DNA from: Candidatus Latescibacterota bacterium
GTDB taxonomy: Bacteria > Latescibacterota > UBA2968 > UBA8231
Reading direction: 5' to 3'
Assembly: GCA_965203175.1 (NCBI GenBank)
Contig: OZ241867.1
Coordinates: forward strand, 1,600,001 to 1,664,000
DNA: 64,000 bases
Part shown: piece after piece, positions 36,408-45,600 of the stretch
Layout of the letters: each line of letters starts with the position of its first letter
Position numbering within the stretch: position 1 is the first letter of the stretch
Made by a program: the position numbers and the translations under genes
Notes under the pieces: model-generated
What the model saw: the letters and a program-made list of their open reading frames with translations, nothing else
What the model was told of the DNA's origin: nothing
The model's database searches: none

Positions 36408-36448
36408 TTGACAATGTAGGTGCATTTTGTCGTATTTTATAGGACAAA
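36408..36448 (+). promoter_or_regulatory. Promoter/operator of the xre-res TA locus
   Basis: TTGACA at 36408-36413 and palindrome TTTGTCgTAT-TTT-ATAgGACAAA at 36426-36448. Confidence 0.55.
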
Positions 36449-36478
36449 CGTCGCTACACAAAGAAAGCGAGCTATGCC

Positions 36479-36916
36479 ATGACCACTGCCACGACGGCCC
36501 CCTTAGGGGAAACGGCGCAGATTCTCGGGGTGCGCCATAGGCTGAACAATGGCTTCGACCTAATTGAAATGAGCAATCGAGGCATTGCGCGGTCGGAGTT
36601 GATAAAACTAGCGGAATACCTCGCTATATCGCCGGGACAACTCATTCGCCTGCTGCCTATTAGCAAACGCACGGTGCAGAGACACAGCGACGCCAAACCA
36701 TTCAGTCGGGCCGTCTCCGAGCAGGTTATCCAGATCGCCAGTGTTGCTGCCAGAGGGGTAGCTGTCTTTGAGGACCGCGACCATTTCCTGGATTGGCTCA
36801 AACAACCCTGCGCGGCATTGGGCAACAAAGTGCCGCTCGAATTGCTCAACTCGCGTTTCGGCGCAGATATCGTTCTGGATGAGTTGGGCCGGATAGAGCA
36901 CGGGGTATTCGCCTGA
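36479..36916 (+). CDS. Xre/MbcA/ParS antitoxin (DUF2384)
   Basis: ISKRTVQR HTH. VFEDR..WL..P.AALG..PLELL..G..V..LGRIEHGVFA. Confidence 0.92.
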   Translation: MTTATTAPLGETAQILGVRHRLNNGFDLIEMSNRGIARSELIKLAEYLAISPGQLIRLLPISKRTVQRHSDAKPFSRAVSEQVIQIASVAARGVAVFEDRDHFLDWLKQPCAALGNKVPLELLNSRFGADIVLDELGRIEHGVFA

Positions 36917-37374
36917 TGCGGCTTTTCCGCATCGCCAAGACCCGCTACATAAACGATCTATCGGGAGCCGGTGCCCGCGCCAACGGTGGTCGGTGGAATC
37001 GCGTCGGGGTGGGTTTGCTTTACACTTCGCCTAGTCGGGCATTGGCTACGGTGGAATACCTAGTACATGTGCCATTGGCGCGGGTACCGAAAAATCTGAG
37101 TATCGCGACTATTGCAGTGCCCGATGATGCGTCAACAGAGACTATTACCGAGGAGATGTTGCCAAACAACTGGCGACGACATCCGGCCCCTGTCGAGCTA
37201 GAGGAGGTCGGCACTCGTTGGATTGAGGAGAAGAAATCCTTGTTGCTGCGCGTACCCTCAGCAGTAGTTAAAGGAGATTACAATGTGCTGATCAATCCAG
37301 CGCATTCAGACATGAAAGGTGTGGAAATCGCGGCGGTTGAACCGTACCTGCTTGACGAGCGGCTGGTGCGATAG
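36916..37374 (+). CDS. RES-domain toxin (NAD+-degrading family)
   Basis: FRI, SGAGA..GGRWN, YTS..LATVE, VPSAV..NVLINP.H. TGATG coupling to the antitoxin. Confidence 0.93.
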   Translation: MRLFRIAKTRYINDLSGAGARANGGRWNRVGVGLLYTSPSRALATVEYLVHVPLARVPKNLSIATIAVPDDASTETITEEMLPNNWRRHPAPVELEEVGTRWIEEKKSLLLRVPSAVVKGDYNVLINPAHSDMKGVEIAAVEPYLLDERLVR

Positions 37375-37397
37375 CCGCGAAATGTAACGGGAACGCG

Positions 37398-37556
37398 TTA
37401 GTCAGCGTGCGACCTCAGGCGACAGAAGATGTACGCCGTTGGAACTGCAATCAGCAGAATGAGTCCCAAGCGGCAGAAGATGTACGCCGGCACTACAATT
37501 AGCAGCACGAGTACCGAGACGATGTCGAAAAGGCGCTTTATTTCCGGAGATGTCAC
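37398..37556 (-). CDS. 52-aa small membrane protein with a duplicated hydrophobic helix (not in ORF track)
   Basis: GTG after RBS AAAGGAG. Translation MTSPEIKRLFDIVSVLVLLIVVPAYIFCRLGLILLIAVPTAYIFCRLRSHAD. Confidence 0.6.
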   Translation of the reverse strand: MTSPEIKRLFDIVSVLVLLIVVPAYIFCRLGLILLIAVPTAYIFCRLRSHAD

Positions 37557-37690
37557 GGCGGTTATCTCCTTTCGAAACTTGGGGGAGTGCGAAATATGGG
37601 GAGAAAGTTAATTGAGCTTGCGACAGATGGGGGAGAAGAAAAGGAAGGCAAAATTGCGCAGCCCATTAAGAGATGCAAAGGGAACTGATG

Positions 37691-37726
37691 AAGCTAGCGA
37701 TACGAGTAGTTCCGCATCGCTAGCTT
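37691..37726 (-). terminator. Stem-loop 3' of tRNA-Leu
   Basis: Perfect 11-bp inverted repeat aagctagcgat / atcgctagctt, 17 nt after the CCA end. U-tract is weak. Confidence 0.5.
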
Positions 37727-37743
37727 GCAATGATTAGTAAAAA

Positions 37744-37830
37744 TGGTGCCGGAGGTGGGACTCGAACCCACACACCCTTGCGGATACAGGATTTTGAATC
37801 CAGCGCGTCTACCAATTCCGCCACTCCGGC
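37744..37830 (-). tRNA. tRNA-Leu(CAA)
   Basis: GCCGGAG acceptor stem, D-loop GGAATTGGTAGAC, anticodon loop TTCAAAA, long variable arm, GTTCGAGTCC, encoded CCA. Confidence 0.97.
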
Positions 37831-37838
37831 TACAGTAT

Positions 37839-38333
37839 TTACCACTCCTCTCGTTCGCTTTTCGGCTTGCCGAGGATTTCCATATAGACAATCGCGTCGC
37901 GCGCCGTCTGAGGGGTGAGGAACCAACGGCTCCGGGTGCGACGAGGCCGCTGCGTCTCGCCTGCGTCCTCGTCCTCGGACTTGGTCTCCGTCAGCCGCGC
38001 CATGGCCTGCTGCTCGGCCGCCACGGCGCGCCGCTCGGCCTCTAACGCCAGTCGCTCGGCTTCTAGGGCCTCCCGCTCGGCCTCGGCCGGATCGACCTCG
38101 GCGAGAACCGGCTCCTCAAAAGGATCGCCGTCAAACGGCCAGCCAAAGGTCGGCTCTTCTTCCTTCTTCTCCTCGGCGACAACGGGCGCGTCTGGCTTGA
38201 CCTCGGCGTGCTGCTGGTCGATCTCGGCGTGCTGCTGTTGTGCCTCTTCAACCTGTTTGCGGCGTCTGCGACGCTCCATCAGCGCCGAAAATATGCTGAA
38301 CAGGATGGCGAGGAGAAATAGTAGGAGTTCCAT
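37839..38333 (-). CDS. YqfB-like membrane-anchored protein
   Basis: N-terminal TM, charged linker, C-terminal ARDAIVYMEILGKPKS. Directly follows floA. Confidence 0.7.
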   Translation of the reverse strand: MELLLFLLAILFSIFSALMERRRRRKQVEEAQQQHAEIDQQHAEVKPDAPVVAEEKKEEEPTFGWPFDGDPFEEPVLAEVDPAEAEREALEAERLALEAERRAVAAEQQAMARLTETKSEDEDAGETQRPRRTRSRWFLTPQTARDAIVYMEILGKPKSEREEW

Positions 38334-38336
38334 GGA

Positions 38337-39323
38337 CTAGTTGTCGCGGTTGTCGCGGTCCTCGCCGCTTTCGGAAATCGAGTCGCGCATGTCTGTGTCA
38401 GCTTGGATATTGCGCATGCGGTAGTAGTCCATAATGCCCAGGTTGCCCTCGCGGAAGGCCTCGGCCATCGCACGCGGTACCTCGGCCTCGGCTTCCTTGA
38501 CTCGCGATTCCATTTCCACGACTTGGGCCGTCATCTCCTGCTCGCGCGCCTGGGCCATAGCCCGGCGTTCCTCGGCTTTGGCTTGGGCGATTTTGAGATC
38601 GGCATCCGCCTGATCGGTCTGCAACTTGGCACCGATATTCTCGCCCACATCGACATCGGCGATGTCAATCGAAAGAATCTCAAAGGCGGTCTCCGAGTCG
38701 AGACCCTTTTCCAGCACGCGCCGGGAGATTAGATCGGGATTTTCGAGCACCTCTTTGTGCGTTGTCGCTGAACCGATGGTGGTAACGATCCCCTCGCCAA
38801 CCCGGGCGATGATCGTCTCCTCGCCGGCGCCGCCGACCAAGCGGTCGATATTGGCGCGCACGGTCACTCGGCAGGTAGCCTTGACCTGAATGCCGTCTTT
38901 GGCAATCGCCGCAATCAAGGGCGTGTTGATCACCTTGGGATTGACGCTGACTTTGACCGCGTCGAGCACGTCGCGGCCAGCCAAGTCGATGCTGGCGGCC
39001 CGCTCAAAGCTCAGATCGATATTGGCCTTGTCGGCCGAGATTAGAGCCAAAATCACGGCGTTGACATTGCCGCCGGCCAAGTAGTGAGCTTCCATGCTCT
39101 CCAAGCCAACATCCAGCCCCGCCTTAGCGGCGCTGATCTTGGGGCCGACGATCTGGCGCGGTGGCACCTTGCGCAGTCGCATACCCACCAAGTCCTTGAA
39201 TATCCCCACTCTGACTCCGGCGAAATAGGCCGAAATCCACAGCCCCACCGGAATGAAATAGGTGAAGAGCGACAAAAAGATGATGATGCCGAAAAGTATC
39301 AAGACCAAAAACAGAACTTCCAT
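38337..39323 (-). CDS. floA: Flotillin-like protein FloA (YqfA/UPF0365)
   Basis: [58 protein letters not shown]. Confidence 0.95.
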   Translation of the reverse strand: MEVLFLVLILFGIIIFLSLFTYFIPVGLWISAYFAGVRVGIFKDLVGMRLRKVPPRQIVGPKISAAKAGLDVGLESMEAHYLAGGNVNAVILALISADKANIDLSFERAASIDLAGRDVLDAVKVSVNPKVINTPLIAAIAKDGIQVKATCRVTVRANIDRLVGGAGEETIIARVGEGIVTTIGSATTHKEVLENPDLISRRVLEKGLDSETAFEILSIDIADVDVGENIGAKLQTDQADADLKIAQAKAEERRAMAQAREQEMTAQVVEMESRVKEAEAEVPRAMAEAFREGNLGIMDYYRMRNIQADTDMRDSISESGEDRDNRDN

Positions 39324-39347
39324 TATTAGCTCCTTGAAAGGAGTGAA

Positions 39348-39857
39348 CTAAGACTCGGACTGGACGGACTGAACTACTACTCTGTTGCCAGCCACCTTCA
39401 ATACCTCGACCTGCTCACCACGCTCAATATAGCCACCCTCGCTGACTACGTCGACTACCCGTTCGCCAAATTGCGCCCGTCCCGCCGGCCTCAGCGTCGT
39501 AACCGCCTGGCCCGTCTGCCCGAGCAACGCCTCGCGGCCGGGCTTGACCGAATCGTAGCCGGCCTTGCGCGTCATGCCATCGTTGAGCACCAAGCGGTTC
39601 CAAGCGCGGACCTTGAGCATCATTCTCACCAAGATGGCGGTGCCCAAAAGCCCCACGCCTGCCACGACGCCAGCCGCCAAGCCGCCCATGTTCACATAGG
39701 CATAGCCAATGCCGGCGACCGCGGTCAGCAAACCAACGATGCCGAAGATATTGAGCCCAGGGATGACGAAAATTTCCAAGAGCACCAGCACAAAGCCGAG
39801 CACTAGCAGGGCCAGCGAATAAACCCATTCCAACACCTCCCCTCCCAGAAAGCTCAT
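39348..39857 (-). CDS. Short NfeD-family protein
   Basis: LEIFVIPG TM region and OB-fold LRPAG..VDVVSEGGYI. Confidence 0.85.
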   Translation of the reverse strand: MSFLGGEVLEWVYSLALLVLGFVLVLLEIFVIPGLNIFGIVGLLTAVAGIGYAYVNMGGLAAGVVAGVGLLGTAILVRMMLKVRAWNRLVLNDGMTRKAGYDSVKPGREALLGQTGQAVTTLRPAGRAQFGERVVDVVSEGGYIERGEQVEVLKVAGNRVVVQSVQSES

Positions 39858-41173
39858 AGTGGCTTCACCACCACGCGACTGCCGCGAGCTTCGACGACTT
39901 TGATGGGCCGCTGCGCCTCGATGAATTCGCCTTCGGCGATCACGGTGAGCCGCTTGCCCCCCAACAGGGCTATACCCGAGGGCCGTAGGTAGCTGACCGT
40001 GACCCCTTCCTTGCCCAATAACTCCTCGTCGGTTTTGCGCGAGGAGGAAGTGTACCCGTCGGCGGCCTTGATTTCGTTGTGGAGTACTAGGCGGTTGAAG
40101 GCGGCAAATTTGGGCAGGGAGCGCAACGCGATGATCGAGAGTACAAACGCGCCGATCATCGAGCCGGCGAGACGCCCTATCACCGAGACGATTTCGTCAA
40201 AACTCCACAATTGAAAATCGCCCAATTGGGTAATCACCACGCTCGCAATCATCGCCGCGACACCCAACACGCCCACAATGCCAAAGCCCGGAATGGCCAC
40301 CAGTTCGACGACCAAAAGCGTCACGCCCACCGCAAAGAGCGCCAGTTCCTGCCACTCGGCCAAGTGGACGATCAAGTGGCTGCCAAAGAAAAGGCCCAGC
40401 GCCACTAATGCGAGCGTGCCGCCCAAGCCCCAACCGGGGGTGCGCACCTCGGCGATTAAGCCGAACATGGCCACGGCCAGCAAGATCGAAGTGACGACCG
40501 GGTGGGTCAACATGCGCAAGACGTGCTCGGTCCAATTGAGTTCGACATCCACGATTTCGGCCTCGCCTAGATCGTAGATGCGCAACAGCTCGATCAGCGT
40601 CTCGGCCGTCTCGTCGGCCATCTGGTAGTTGAGTGCCTGCTCGGTGGTCAAGGTGGCTGGCCGGCCCGCTTCGGCGCTCAGGCCCGGCACATCGACGCGC
40701 TCATCGACCATGGCCTCGGCGATCTTGACGTTGCGACCGGTGCGCTCGGCCGTGGCGCGCATTTCGGCGCGCATATAGGAAGTTATTTTGTCGCTGGCTT
40801 TGTCGCCCGTGGCATCGACCGGGGTGGTTGCGCCCATGGTTGAGGCTTGCGTCATGACGATCTTGTCGCAGGCCAGCGAGATGAGTGCCCCGGCCGAAAT
40901 CGCCCGCTTATTGATAAAGGCGATGGTCAGGGTTTCGGCGTCGAGGATGGCGTCGCGGATCACCGTGGCTGCATCGACGCGCCCGCCAAAGGTGTCGATC
41001 TCAAAGATGATCGCATCGGCCTCGGTCTCGTCGGCCTCGGTTATCACGCGCTCGACAAAGGCCGCCACGCCCGGGTCGATCATGCCCTCCAGCTTGAGGT
41101 GGACGCGATAGACGGTCTGAGCGTGGGCGCTGCCGGCCGCCAAAATTAGGAGTGTGTAAATAAGGCGTCGCAT
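39854..41173 (-). CDS. Long NfeD (YqeZ-like) membrane serine protease, ClpP class
   Basis: IDTFGG, AISAGALI, MGAT.P, AEAMVD, TM bundle, C-terminal LRPSG OB-fold. Confidence 0.9.
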   Translation of the reverse strand: MRRLIYTLLILAAGSAHAQTVYRVHLKLEGMIDPGVAAFVERVITEADETEADAIIFEIDTFGGRVDAATVIRDAILDAETLTIAFINKRAISAGALISLACDKIVMTQASTMGATTPVDATGDKASDKITSYMRAEMRATAERTGRNVKIAEAMVDERVDVPGLSAEAGRPATLTTEQALNYQMADETAETLIELLRIYDLGEAEIVDVELNWTEHVLRMLTHPVVTSILLAVAMFGLIAEVRTPGWGLGGTLALVALGLFFGSHLIVHLAEWQELALFAVGVTLLVVELVAIPGFGIVGVLGVAAMIASVVITQLGDFQLWSFDEIVSVIGRLAGSMIGAFVLSIIALRSLPKFAAFNRLVLHNEIKAADGYTSSSRKTDEELLGKEGVTVSYLRPSGIALLGGKRLTVIAEGEFIEAQRPIKVVEARGSRVVVKPL

Positions 41174-41186
41174 TTACTATTGAATA

Positions 41187-41215
41187 TATAAGGCTATAGA
41201 GTATAAGGCTATAGA
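41187..41215. repeat. Perfect 14-bp direct repeat in divergent promoter region
   Basis: tataaggctataga at 41187-41200 and 41202-41215. Confidence 0.8.
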
Positions 41216-41318
41216 TTGTAATCCAAGCATCTAACCATTGTCAACAACCTCATTTGACCCTCCTTTTGGCCCAGCCTATTTTTTGATTTTTGCCATCACA
41301 TTTCGGAACGAAAAAGCC

Positions 41319-42587
41319 ATGCCCCGCAAGCTCGAAATGCTGCTCAAAGGCGGCCACGTAATCGACCCTGTCAACGACATCAACGGCGTCGCCGATGTCG
41401 GCGTACTCGACGGCCGCATCGCCCGCGTTGAAACGGACATTGCCCCGGCGGACGCCCACCGCGTCATCGATGTAGGAAACCTCGTCGTCGTGCCGGGCCT
41501 GCTCGATATCCACGTCCATACGTACCACACCCGCGGCCACCAATCGGGTGGGTTGGTGGGCAGCCTCAACGCCGACGCCCACTTCCTCAAAGAGGGAGTA
41601 ACCACCTGTGTCGATACGGGCACGGCCGGGGCCGAGGAATTCGAGCACTTCCGCGAGACGGTGATCGACCACTCCAAGATCCGCATGTTCGCCTATGTCA
41701 ACATTGCCGCCCCAGGCATGGGCCCTCCCGAACAAATCGTCGCCAACCTAGATCCTCAGCGGGCGGCCGAGATGGCTGCGGCCCACGACGAGGTGTGCGT
41801 CGGCATCAAGACCGCCCACTATTGGACCACCAAGCCCTTTGATGACGAGCATCCGCCTTGGGCCTCAGTTGATGCTGCTGTCGAGGCCGGCGAGCGCTGC
41901 AAAATGCCGGTGATGGTCGACTTTTGGCCGCGCCCGCCCGAGCGCTCCTACCCCGACCTCATCCTCAAGCACCTGCGCCCCGGCGACATCCACACCCACG
42001 TCTTTGCTCGCCAGTTCCCCGTCGTCGATGAAGACGGCGCGGTGTACGACTACATGCGCGAGGCGCGAGAGAGGGGCATCCACTTCGACCTCGGCCACGG
42101 AGCGGCCAGTTTCTGGTACCGCGCCGCCATGCCGGCCATTGCCGATGGCTTCCCGCCCGATTCCATCAGCACCGACCTGCACATGGGCAATATCAACGGC
42201 CACGTCCACTCCATGCTCGACACGATGTCCAAGTGCTTGGCCATGAACATGTCCTTACAGGAAGTGATCTACCGCTCCACCGTCACGCCCGCCAGCGCCA
42301 TCCGCCGGCCCGAGTTGGGGACTTTGACGCCCGGCTCTGAAGCCGACATCGCCGTGCTGGGCGTCCTCGAGGGCAACTTCTACTTTCGCGACTGCGGCTG
42401 GGCCTGCATCGAAGCCCAGCACCGCCTCGAATGCGCGCTGACCTTGCGCGCCGGCGAGGTGGTGTGGGATCGCCACGGCATGACCTGCCCACACCTACAA
42501 GAGATCCCGCCAGAGGCCGAATACTGGCACCTGCCCGAGCGCCAAGCCACTAGCCCCGTGCCGCGCCTGTGGCGTACTGATGCCTGA
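41319..42587 (+). CDS. Amidohydrolase/dihydroorotase-like metallohydrolase
   Basis: LLKGGHVIDP, PGLLDIHVH, GVTTCVDTG, THVF, DLGHG, ISTDLH. Confidence 0.88.
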   Translation: MPRKLEMLLKGGHVIDPVNDINGVADVGVLDGRIARVETDIAPADAHRVIDVGNLVVVPGLLDIHVHTYHTRGHQSGGLVGSLNADAHFLKEGVTTCVDTGTAGAEEFEHFRETVIDHSKIRMFAYVNIAAPGMGPPEQIVANLDPQRAAEMAAAHDEVCVGIKTAHYWTTKPFDDEHPPWASVDAAVEAGERCKMPVMVDFWPRPPERSYPDLILKHLRPGDIHTHVFARQFPVVDEDGAVYDYMREARERGIHFDLGHGAASFWYRAAMPAIADGFPPDSISTDLHMGNINGHVHSMLDTMSKCLAMNMSLQEVIYRSTVTPASAIRRPELGTLTPGSEADIAVLGVLEGNFYFRDCGWACIEAQHRLECALTLRAGEVVWDRHGMTCPHLQEIPPEAEYWHLPERQATSPVPRLWRTDA

Positions 42588-42605
42588 ATGGCCGGCAAGT
42601 AACCT

Positions 42606-45600
42606 TTGAGCGAAACACCTACCAAACCCCACCCGATTGCTGCGCTTAAAACCCTCCTGCCTCAGTGCATGCTCCAGGATCGGGTGCGCATCAAACGGCG
42701 TCTGAATCGCCGCCTCAACCCCGAAGAGATCGAACGCCTCTTAGGCCAAGCTCGCAGCTCTGCTCGTCTGCGCCAACGGCGGCGCAAAAGCCGCCCCGTC
42801 CCGACCTACCCAGCCGCCCTACCCATCAGCGATCGCAGGGACGAAATCCTCGCGGCGATCAAGGCGCACCCCGTCGTCGTTGTCGCCGGCGAGACCGGCT
42901 CGGGCAAGAGTACGCAACTGCCCAAAATCTGCCTAGAGGCTGGCCGGGGCGAGGTCGCCCGCATCGCCGTCACGCAGCCGCGCCGCGTGGCCGCGCTCTC
43001 CATCGCTCAGCGCGTGGCCGAAGAACTCAAGGTGACCTACGGCCGCGATATCGGCTGCAAAATCCGCTTCCGCGATCAGACCGCGCCCGAGACCTGCATC
43101 AAGATCATGACCGACGGCATGCTGCTGGCCGAGACCCAAACCGATCCCGACCTGCTCGAATACGATACCATTATTGTCGATGAAGCTCACGAGCGCAGCC
43201 TCAATATTGACTTTTTGCTCGGCTATCTGCGGCTTCTGCGGCGCAAGCGGCCCGATCTCAAGATCGTCATCACCTCGGCTACCATCGACACGGAAACCTT
43301 CTCTAAGGCCTTTGACGACGCCCCGGTCATTGAGGTTTCGGGCCGGATGTTCCCGGTCGAAGTTCGCTATTGGCCACTCGACGAGATTCTGCAGGCCCGC
43401 GGCGACTACACGTATTTGGATGCGGCTGCCAGCGCGGTGGACGAGATTTTGCGCACGTCGCGGCAGGGCGACCTCTTGGTCTTTCTGCCCTCCGAGCGCG
43501 ATATCCGCGAGACCCGCGAGCGGCTCGAAGGACGCAAGTTGCGCGGCGTCGAGATCCTGCCGCTGTTTGGCCGCCTAACCGCTGGGGAGCAGCAGCGCGT
43601 ATTCGCCCCGGGAGACCGCCGCCGCGTAGTGTTGGCCACCAATATCGCCGAAACTTCGCTGACCATTCCCCGCATCCGCTACGTCGTAGATACGGGCTTG
43701 GCGCGTCTGTCGCGCTACAATCCCCGCACGCACACCCAGCGCCTGCCCATCGAACCGATTTCGCAGAGCAGCGCCCGCCAACGGGAGGGACGCTGTGGGC
43801 GGGTTGCGGATGGGGTTTGCATTCGCCTCTACTCAGAGCAGGATTTTCTCTCGCGGCCCGAATACACCCAGCCCGAGATCCAGCGCGCCAATCTCGCCGA
43901 GGTCATCCTGCGGATGATCAACCTCAAGCTAGGGGACATTGAGGCGTTCCCCTTTATCGATCCCCCGGCAAAAGCCGCTATCGTCGGCGGTTTTCAGCTC
44001 CTGAGCCAGCTCAACGCCCTCGACGAAAACCGCGCACTCACTTCCATTGGCCGCGCCATGGCGCGCCTGCCCATCGACCCCACGGTCTCGCGGATGCTGC
44101 TCCAGGCCCGCGAGGAACAAGCCCTGTCCGAAGTGCTCGTCATCGCCGCGGCCATCAGTATCCAGGATCCGCGCGAGCGGCCTCTTGAAGAGCAGGATGC
44201 GGCCGACCAAATGCACCGCCAGTTCCACGACAAAAATTCCGATTTCCTAGCTTATCTCAACATTTGGAACGCGTACCACGACAAAGTGGAAAGCGCCTCG
44301 CAGAACCAACTCCGCAAATTCTGCAAGGCGCACTACCTCTCCTACATGCGGATGCGCGAATGGCGCGATATCCACGCGCAGATCCGCGAGACACTCAACG
44401 AGATAAAAGGCTTCCGCTTCAACCGCGAACCCGCCGGGTACGACGCGATCCACCGCGCGGTACTCACCGGCCTGCTTTCGAGTGTGGCGCGCCAAGAGGA
44501 AGGCAATATCTATCAGGCAGCGCGCAACCGCGAGGTGATGATTTTCCCCGGCTCGGGACTCTTCCGCCCCAACAAGGGCAAGGAGCCGGACAAAGGCGGA
44601 CCACCCGGCTGGCTGGTCGCGGCCGAGATCGTCGAAACCTCGCGCCTGTTCGCCCGCACTGTCTCCCGCATCCAGCCCGAATGGCTCGCTGAGCTAGGCA
44701 GCCACCTGTGCCGCGCTTCGTACGACCAACCCTACTTCAACGCGCGCTCGGGGCGGGTGCTGGTGCGAGAAAAGCAGACTCTCTACGGCCTCGAAGTACT
44801 CAGCCGCCGCATCCCGTACAGCCGCATCAACGCCCGCGAGGCCACCGAGATATTCATCCGCGAGGCGTTGGTGCCCGGGACGGTGCATACTCCGCACAAG
44901 TTTCTCGCGCACAACATTCGCCTGTGTCAGAAGATCGAAACTTGGCAAACCCGCGCCCGCGGTTTGGCCGATGTCCACGTCGAAGAGGCCGCCGCCCGCT
45001 TTTACTCTCAGTACCTCGATGATGTTTCCTCGCTGCCCGACCTCAACCGATTCCTCAAAGACAAAGCCGACGACTTCCTGGTGATGCAGGAGGAAGACTT
45101 GCTCGGCACCACCCGCGACGACTTCGACCAGCAGGCCTTCCCAGACGCACTCGACCTCGACGGCAATAAACTAGCCCTCAGCTACGCCTATCGCCCAGGA
45201 CAAGACGAGGACGGCATCACCGTCAAATTGCCCTACAAGCTAGCCCACGCCGTCGATCCAGAAATACTCGAATGGTTAGTACCGGGCCTACTCGAAGAGA
45301 AAATTACCATCCTGCTGCGCTCGCTGCCCAAGTCCCTCCGCAAGCAACTAGTGCCGATTCCGGAAAAGGCCCAGCGCATCGCCGCCGATCTCAAACCGAC
45401 GCATCCCACCTTTTTGGAGTCGCTGCAAGATCACATCCGCCAGCACTACCATATCCAAATCGAGGCGTCGGACTGGAACGCCGATGACTTGCCCGATCAC
45501 CTCAAGATGCGCGTCGATATCCAAGGAACCAACGATCAATCCGTCGCGGCCGGCCGCGATTTGCAGCAACTGACCCAAAGCCTTGAACAGCACGATACCC

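Noticed and set aside
36348-36461. Cys/His-rich N-terminus of the 634-aa ORF, resembling a heme or Zn motif (CQACH)
   Set aside because: It lies upstream of the RBS-supported GTG at 36347 and overlaps the TA promoter, so it is likely untranslated.
37423-37520. Repeat pair as a mini-CRISPR, and the 60-aa plus-strand ORF 37429..37611
   Set aside because: Only two copies, similarity extends through the would-be spacer, and no cas genes. Better explained by the duplicated helix of the minus-strand peptide.
37694-38045. Short ORFs spanning 37.7-38.0 kb
   Set aside because: They overlap tRNA-Leu and are spurious translations.
38020-38240. Short repeats (cgctcggc; tcggcgtgctgctg x2)
   Set aside because: They encode low-complexity EAER and QQHAE repeats within the YqfB-like protein.
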